This document shows positions 23,274 to 26,568 of a stretch of DNA of 26,568 nucleotides, piece by piece. Position 1 is the stretch's first letter, and every line of letters begins with the position of its first letter. Both the position numbers and the translations under genes were made by a program. The notes beneath the pieces were generated by a model. That model was not told the DNA's origin. It saw nothing but the letters and a program-made list of their open reading frames with translations, and ran no database searches. The stretch is from a virus (lineage: Duplodnaviria > Caudoviricetes), in IMG/VR virus record IMGVR_UViG_3300028857_000025, positions 1 to 26,568 of that record; one strand, given 5' to 3'.

Positions 23274-26054
23274 TTAGGTTCCTTGGTTGAATTTCAAAAA
23301 CGCCTTGACTTCGGGAGGGCTTAGTTTGGTGCCATGGAAATCATAACCTCCACCCCCGCTGGTGCTCCCCCCGCCTTGCTTCATCTGCTCCATCACGCCA
23401 TTGAGCGCCTCTTCTGATTTACTCTTATACTCGGCGACGTCCTGCTTTTTAAGCACCATCTTTCTGTTGATTTGTTCTGTGCTTAATTTAGAAGTATCCT
23501 CACCCGCCAGTACAATGGTAGGGTCATCACTTTGGAGTATGGCGTCGGCGTTCTTTATTTGTGCGTTATACTGCCCCATTAGATTATCGAGATTGGTGTT
23601 CTTGGCGCTGTTCGGACTATTCGTCATCTGCGCCGTTGTAAACTTGGTCATATTATCGGCGTAGTTACGGTTATTCTGATTGAACTGCTCCATCTCTGAC
23701 TCAGCAAATTTAGCATCAGCAGCGGCTTTGAGCCTTTTATCAGACCTAAGTGTTTCTGCCGCTTTCTCACGTTCAGCAGCGGCTTTCTCGGTATCACCTT
23801 TATGCTCTAAATGGTCAGCCCAATCAATCTGGAACTGCGCCTCGGATAGGGTGCGGGACAATTTCTCCTGGTCATCTTTATCTTTCAAGAAGCCCGGCAT
23901 GGTTTCGGTTAATGCTTTAAGCCCTGCAGAGATGACCGGTCCTGGTGTCGAGCCCCAATGCGCGAAGAAGTCCGCCATGCGCAAGTTGAACTGGCGCTTG
24001 GACTCGTCGGCGGTATTGGCGCGTTGCCCCATGATTTCTTGACGACGTTGCAGTAACGCTTCCGGTGTCTCATACGGTGTGTCTTGCAGATTATTAAGTT
24101 TCGCTTGGTCTTCGGCAATCATCGGGTCAAACGGACTGCCGGCGGCTTGTGGAGCGGCCTGCGGGATACCTTGATTAAGTGGTGGTGCCTCTTGCCAATT
24201 ACCTTCTCCTCCGCCTGCACCCGTGGGTGTCATGGAGCCTTGTAGCTGCGGGATACCTGCGGGTGCAGGCTCGGCTTGTAATGGCTGTGGTACATTTAAC
24301 GTCGGCTGCTCTGTGGGTGCAGCTTGTACCGAGTCTATACCGCCCGAGAACGCACCTTTGATAGCTTCCCATGCACCGGCGACATCCATCTTGCCGACGA
24401 CATCACGGACCGGCTTTTTCAAATTCTCCATAATAGAATCAGAGCCGCCGCTGTCCAGCACTTGCTTGGCCTGCACATCGCCGTTCTCGGCGCGGACGGC
24501 CAGATACTTGTCCATATCAGATTTTTCAGAAGCGCCCTCAGCAATACCAACCAAAGCACCGGCTGCACCCAAGCCCTTGCCTAACGTAGAGGCGACTTTG
24601 CCCAAGCCTTTCTTAACGGCTTGACCGGAGATACTTTGGCCTTCTTCTGTCCAGGAGCTAGGGGGCTTAACGGCCTCTATCCCTGGCGTTGGCTTAGGTG
24701 CGGCTGCCGTCTCTTGTGCCAGTAGCTGCTCTCTTGCTTGGCCTGCGTTCATCGGTTGACGGGGCTGACCGGCACGGGCATTTTTAGCGGCATCTATGCG
24801 TGCCTGCTCACGTGCGGCACGGGCCGCCTCTATTTCAGGTTTGAGTTTAGTTAGCTGCTCTTTCATCGTGCCGCCCTGTGCAAACGCAACAATGCCGCCA
24901 CCGGCCATGGTCTTTTCAGCCAATAGCTTTTTAGCCATCTGCCGCTCAATATCACTGGTGGTGGTCTGGATAATCTCTTGCAGTTGCTCGGGGTTCATCT
25001 GGTCTAAATCAGACTCTATAGCGCCCCCGACGTTATAACCGACAATGCCGCCCTCTTTCTTATAGGCGTTGTACATGCTGCCCATGGCACCGATACCACC
25101 GAATAGTTGCGACATCATGTTAGGTTGGGCTTGATAATTCTGTTGTGTCGAGCCAGTCTGAGCAACGGGAAAGCCGTGTATCAGACCGGACAGCCAGTTC
25201 ATCTGGTCCATCGGGTAGGCTTGCGCCTTGTTGTAATTATTGGTAGCCGCGTCGATGACCTTCTGTTGCTGGTCTTGCTGCATGCTGCCGAACTGCGCTT
25301 GGGTGTTCAGGATATCGCGCTGGGCGCCGAGCTGGCCCGCACCAAGTGTGCCCAAGCCCATCCCTGCCTGGATGCCGGCGTTCATGCCCTGGATGCCGAA
25401 CTGATAGCCTTGCATGCCTAAGTTGGCGCCGAACTGCTGCGCTTGCTGGGCATTCTGGAAGGCTTTCTCCGCGCCGGTGGACTGGATGCCGGTGATGGCC
25501 TGATTGCGATTGCGCTCGTTCTCCGCGCCCATGATGGCCTCACGACTACCCCCAAAGGCGCCATTGCGCGTTGCTGCGGCTTGCTGCTCTTGCCCGGTGA
25601 TATCATATTGCCGGTTGGCTTGCCCGGTCTCGTAGTTCACGACATTGTTCATGTACGGTGACATGAAGCCTTTCAAGGCATTAGGGTCGGTCGCCATCTG
25701 GTTATATTGATTACCGGCATTGGCCGCCTGCATGCCGATACCCAGAGCGCCTGCGCCCGAGCCACCGACCATCTGGCTGCCTTGCTGGAACTGGCCGGGG
25801 ACTTGTAGATTGCCTGCGCCCTGGATGGCTTGGTTCTGCAGGCCTGACAGCGGTGCGACATAGTCGTTGGGATTCGTGCTGTACGGCTGGTAGGACTGTA
25901 GACCGGAAACATTACCCTGCGCGTCACGCTGGTAGACTTGGCCTTGTGCACTCGACATCATCGTATTGAAATACGGCTGCATGAAGTCGGGGATTGAGTT
26001 TGTATTGATGGTTTGGGTGGTATTGGTGGGGGTCTTCGGCGCACTGGAGCCCAT
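23274..26054 (-). CDS. Putative internal virion/DNA ejection (pilot-like) protein
   Basis: 926 aa, Gln/Gly/Ala/Asn-rich N-half with GAFGGSR motif; AGGA SD; directly upstream of the SLT-bearing large protein. Confidence 0.7.
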   Translation of the reverse strand: MGSSAPKTPTNTTQTINTNSIPDFMQPYFNTMMSSAQGQVYQRDAQGNVSGLQSYQPYSTNPNDYVAPLSGLQNQAIQGAGNLQVPGQFQQGSQMVGGSGAGALGIGMQAANAGNQYNQMATDPNALKGFMSPYMNNVVNYETGQANRQYDITGQEQQAAATRNGAFGGSREAIMGAENERNRNQAITGIQSTGAEKAFQNAQQAQQFGANLGMQGYQFGIQGMNAGIQAGMGLGTLGAGQLGAQRDILNTQAQFGSMQQDQQQKVIDAATNNYNKAQAYPMDQMNWLSGLIHGFPVAQTGSTQQNYQAQPNMMSQLFGGIGAMGSMYNAYKKEGGIVGYNVGGAIESDLDQMNPEQLQEIIQTTTSDIERQMAKKLLAEKTMAGGGIVAFAQGGTMKEQLTKLKPEIEAARAAREQARIDAAKNARAGQPRQPMNAGQAREQLLAQETAAAPKPTPGIEAVKPPSSWTEEGQSISGQAVKKGLGKVASTLGKGLGAAGALVGIAEGASEKSDMDKYLAVRAENGDVQAKQVLDSGGSDSIMENLKKPVRDVVGKMDVAGAWEAIKGAFSGGIDSVQAAPTEQPTLNVPQPLQAEPAPAGIPQLQGSMTPTGAGGGEGNWQEAPPLNQGIPQAAPQAAGSPFDPMIAEDQAKLNNLQDTPYETPEALLQRRQEIMGQRANTADESKRQFNLRMADFFAHWGSTPGPVISAGLKALTETMPGFLKDKDDQEKLSRTLSEAQFQIDWADHLEHKGDTEKAAAEREKAAETLRSDKRLKAAADAKFAESEMEQFNQNNRNYADNMTKFTTAQMTNSPNSAKNTNLDNLMGQYNAQIKNADAILQSDDPTIVLAGEDTSKLSTEQINRKMVLKKQDVAEYKSKSEEALNGVMEQMKQGGGSTSGGGGYDFHGTKLSPPEVKAFLKFNQGT

Positions 26055-26137
26055 GAGATTTGTCCTGATACAAAGTTATGTGCACGCCAAGGCGGCGTGA
26101 GTGGGTCTACATTTGTATCAGCAGTGCTGATTTTGAT

Positions 26138-26163
26138 AGCAAGGGCGGAACCCCGCCCTTGCT
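26138..26163. terminator. GC-rich stem-loop (possible terminator or processing site)
   Basis: AGCAAGGGCGG-AACC-CCGCCCTTGCT; no strong U-tract on either strand. Confidence 0.45.
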
Positions 26164-26196
26164 TAATGCTACCTAGGTAGCATTTAAAACATTTTA

Positions 26197-26568
26197 CTAC
26201 TTAACTAACTTAAGCGCGCTCTTGGCAGAATTGTCCTCTATTCGCTTTGGTTGGTATTTATCATAGAGTATTGTTTTTACTTTGGCATTATCTTCAAGCA
26301 CTTCATATAGCTTGAGGTAATCATCCAGTACCCTTCCGCGTACCTCTATCATATCGTCAGACATCTCGTCTTTCTTAAGCATCTTAGGGAAACCGAACAG
26401 ATTACTCACAGCCTTGTTTACTACCGTATTAGCTTTGATGTAACTTAGCTCCTCTTTACTCAAATCATCTGGCAAAAGACGACTCAATGCTTCCATAGCT
26501 TCGAGTTGATGCTTCTTCGTCCCCGTGCGTAACTGGACTATCCTTAGTTGGTCTTCGAGATACTGCCA
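26197..26568 (-). CDS. Putative antirepressor-like/DNA-binding protein C-terminus (5'-truncated)
   Basis: The frame is open to the window edge (WQYLEDQLRI...EAMEALSR); YIKANTVVNKAVS..FGFPKMLKK resembles C-termini of phage Bro/KilA-type proteins; lower GC than neighbours. Confidence 0.5.
   Translation of the reverse strand, partial: WQYLEDQLRIVQLRTGTKKHQLEAMEALSRLLPDDLSKEELSYIKANTVVNKAVSNLFGFPKMLKKDEMSDDMIEVRGRVLDDYLKLYEVLEDNAKVKTILYDKYQPKRIEDNSAKSALKLVK

Noticed and set aside
17871-25661. Many + strand ORFs (60-201 aa) opposite the two large structural genes
   Set aside because: They are antisense shadows caused by codon bias, with no motifs or ribosome-binding sites.
1-26568. tRNA, rRNA or group I/II intron
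   Set aside because: No cloverleaf or intron core motifs were recognised; both gene insertions are in-frame with protein-splicing motifs.

Overview
This is part of a dsDNA phage genome (podovirus-like layout). Positions 1-17919 (+ strand) form an early/replication module: MoxR-like AAA ATPase plus VWA/metallopeptidase pair, small paralogous ORFs, VRR-NUC, family A DNA polymerase, PD-(D/E)XK nuclease, small HNH, SNF2-like helicase, putative SSB and primase/DUF927. Positions 17888-26568 (- strand) carry large internal-virion/ejection-type proteins and a partial antirepressor-like ORF. Two features stand out. (1) Both the polymerase and the helicase contain an intein whose own frame has no recognisable endonuclease, while a complete homing-type endonuclease (HNH-type in one, Zn-finger+DUF559/Vsr-like in the other) is encoded in the overlapping +1 frame. 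(2) Three intergenic loci carry five strand-specific (NNWGC)n pentamer arrays (57 units, all with A/T at position 3). Each array ends in GCAAAG followed by a hairpin (three hairpins are related and show covariation and G-U pairs), and each locus lies just downstream of a sigma70-like promoter and upstream of a DNA-metabolism gene. This is a candidate uncharacterised RNA-level regulatory system. All protein calls come from motif recognition by eye; no database searches were run.
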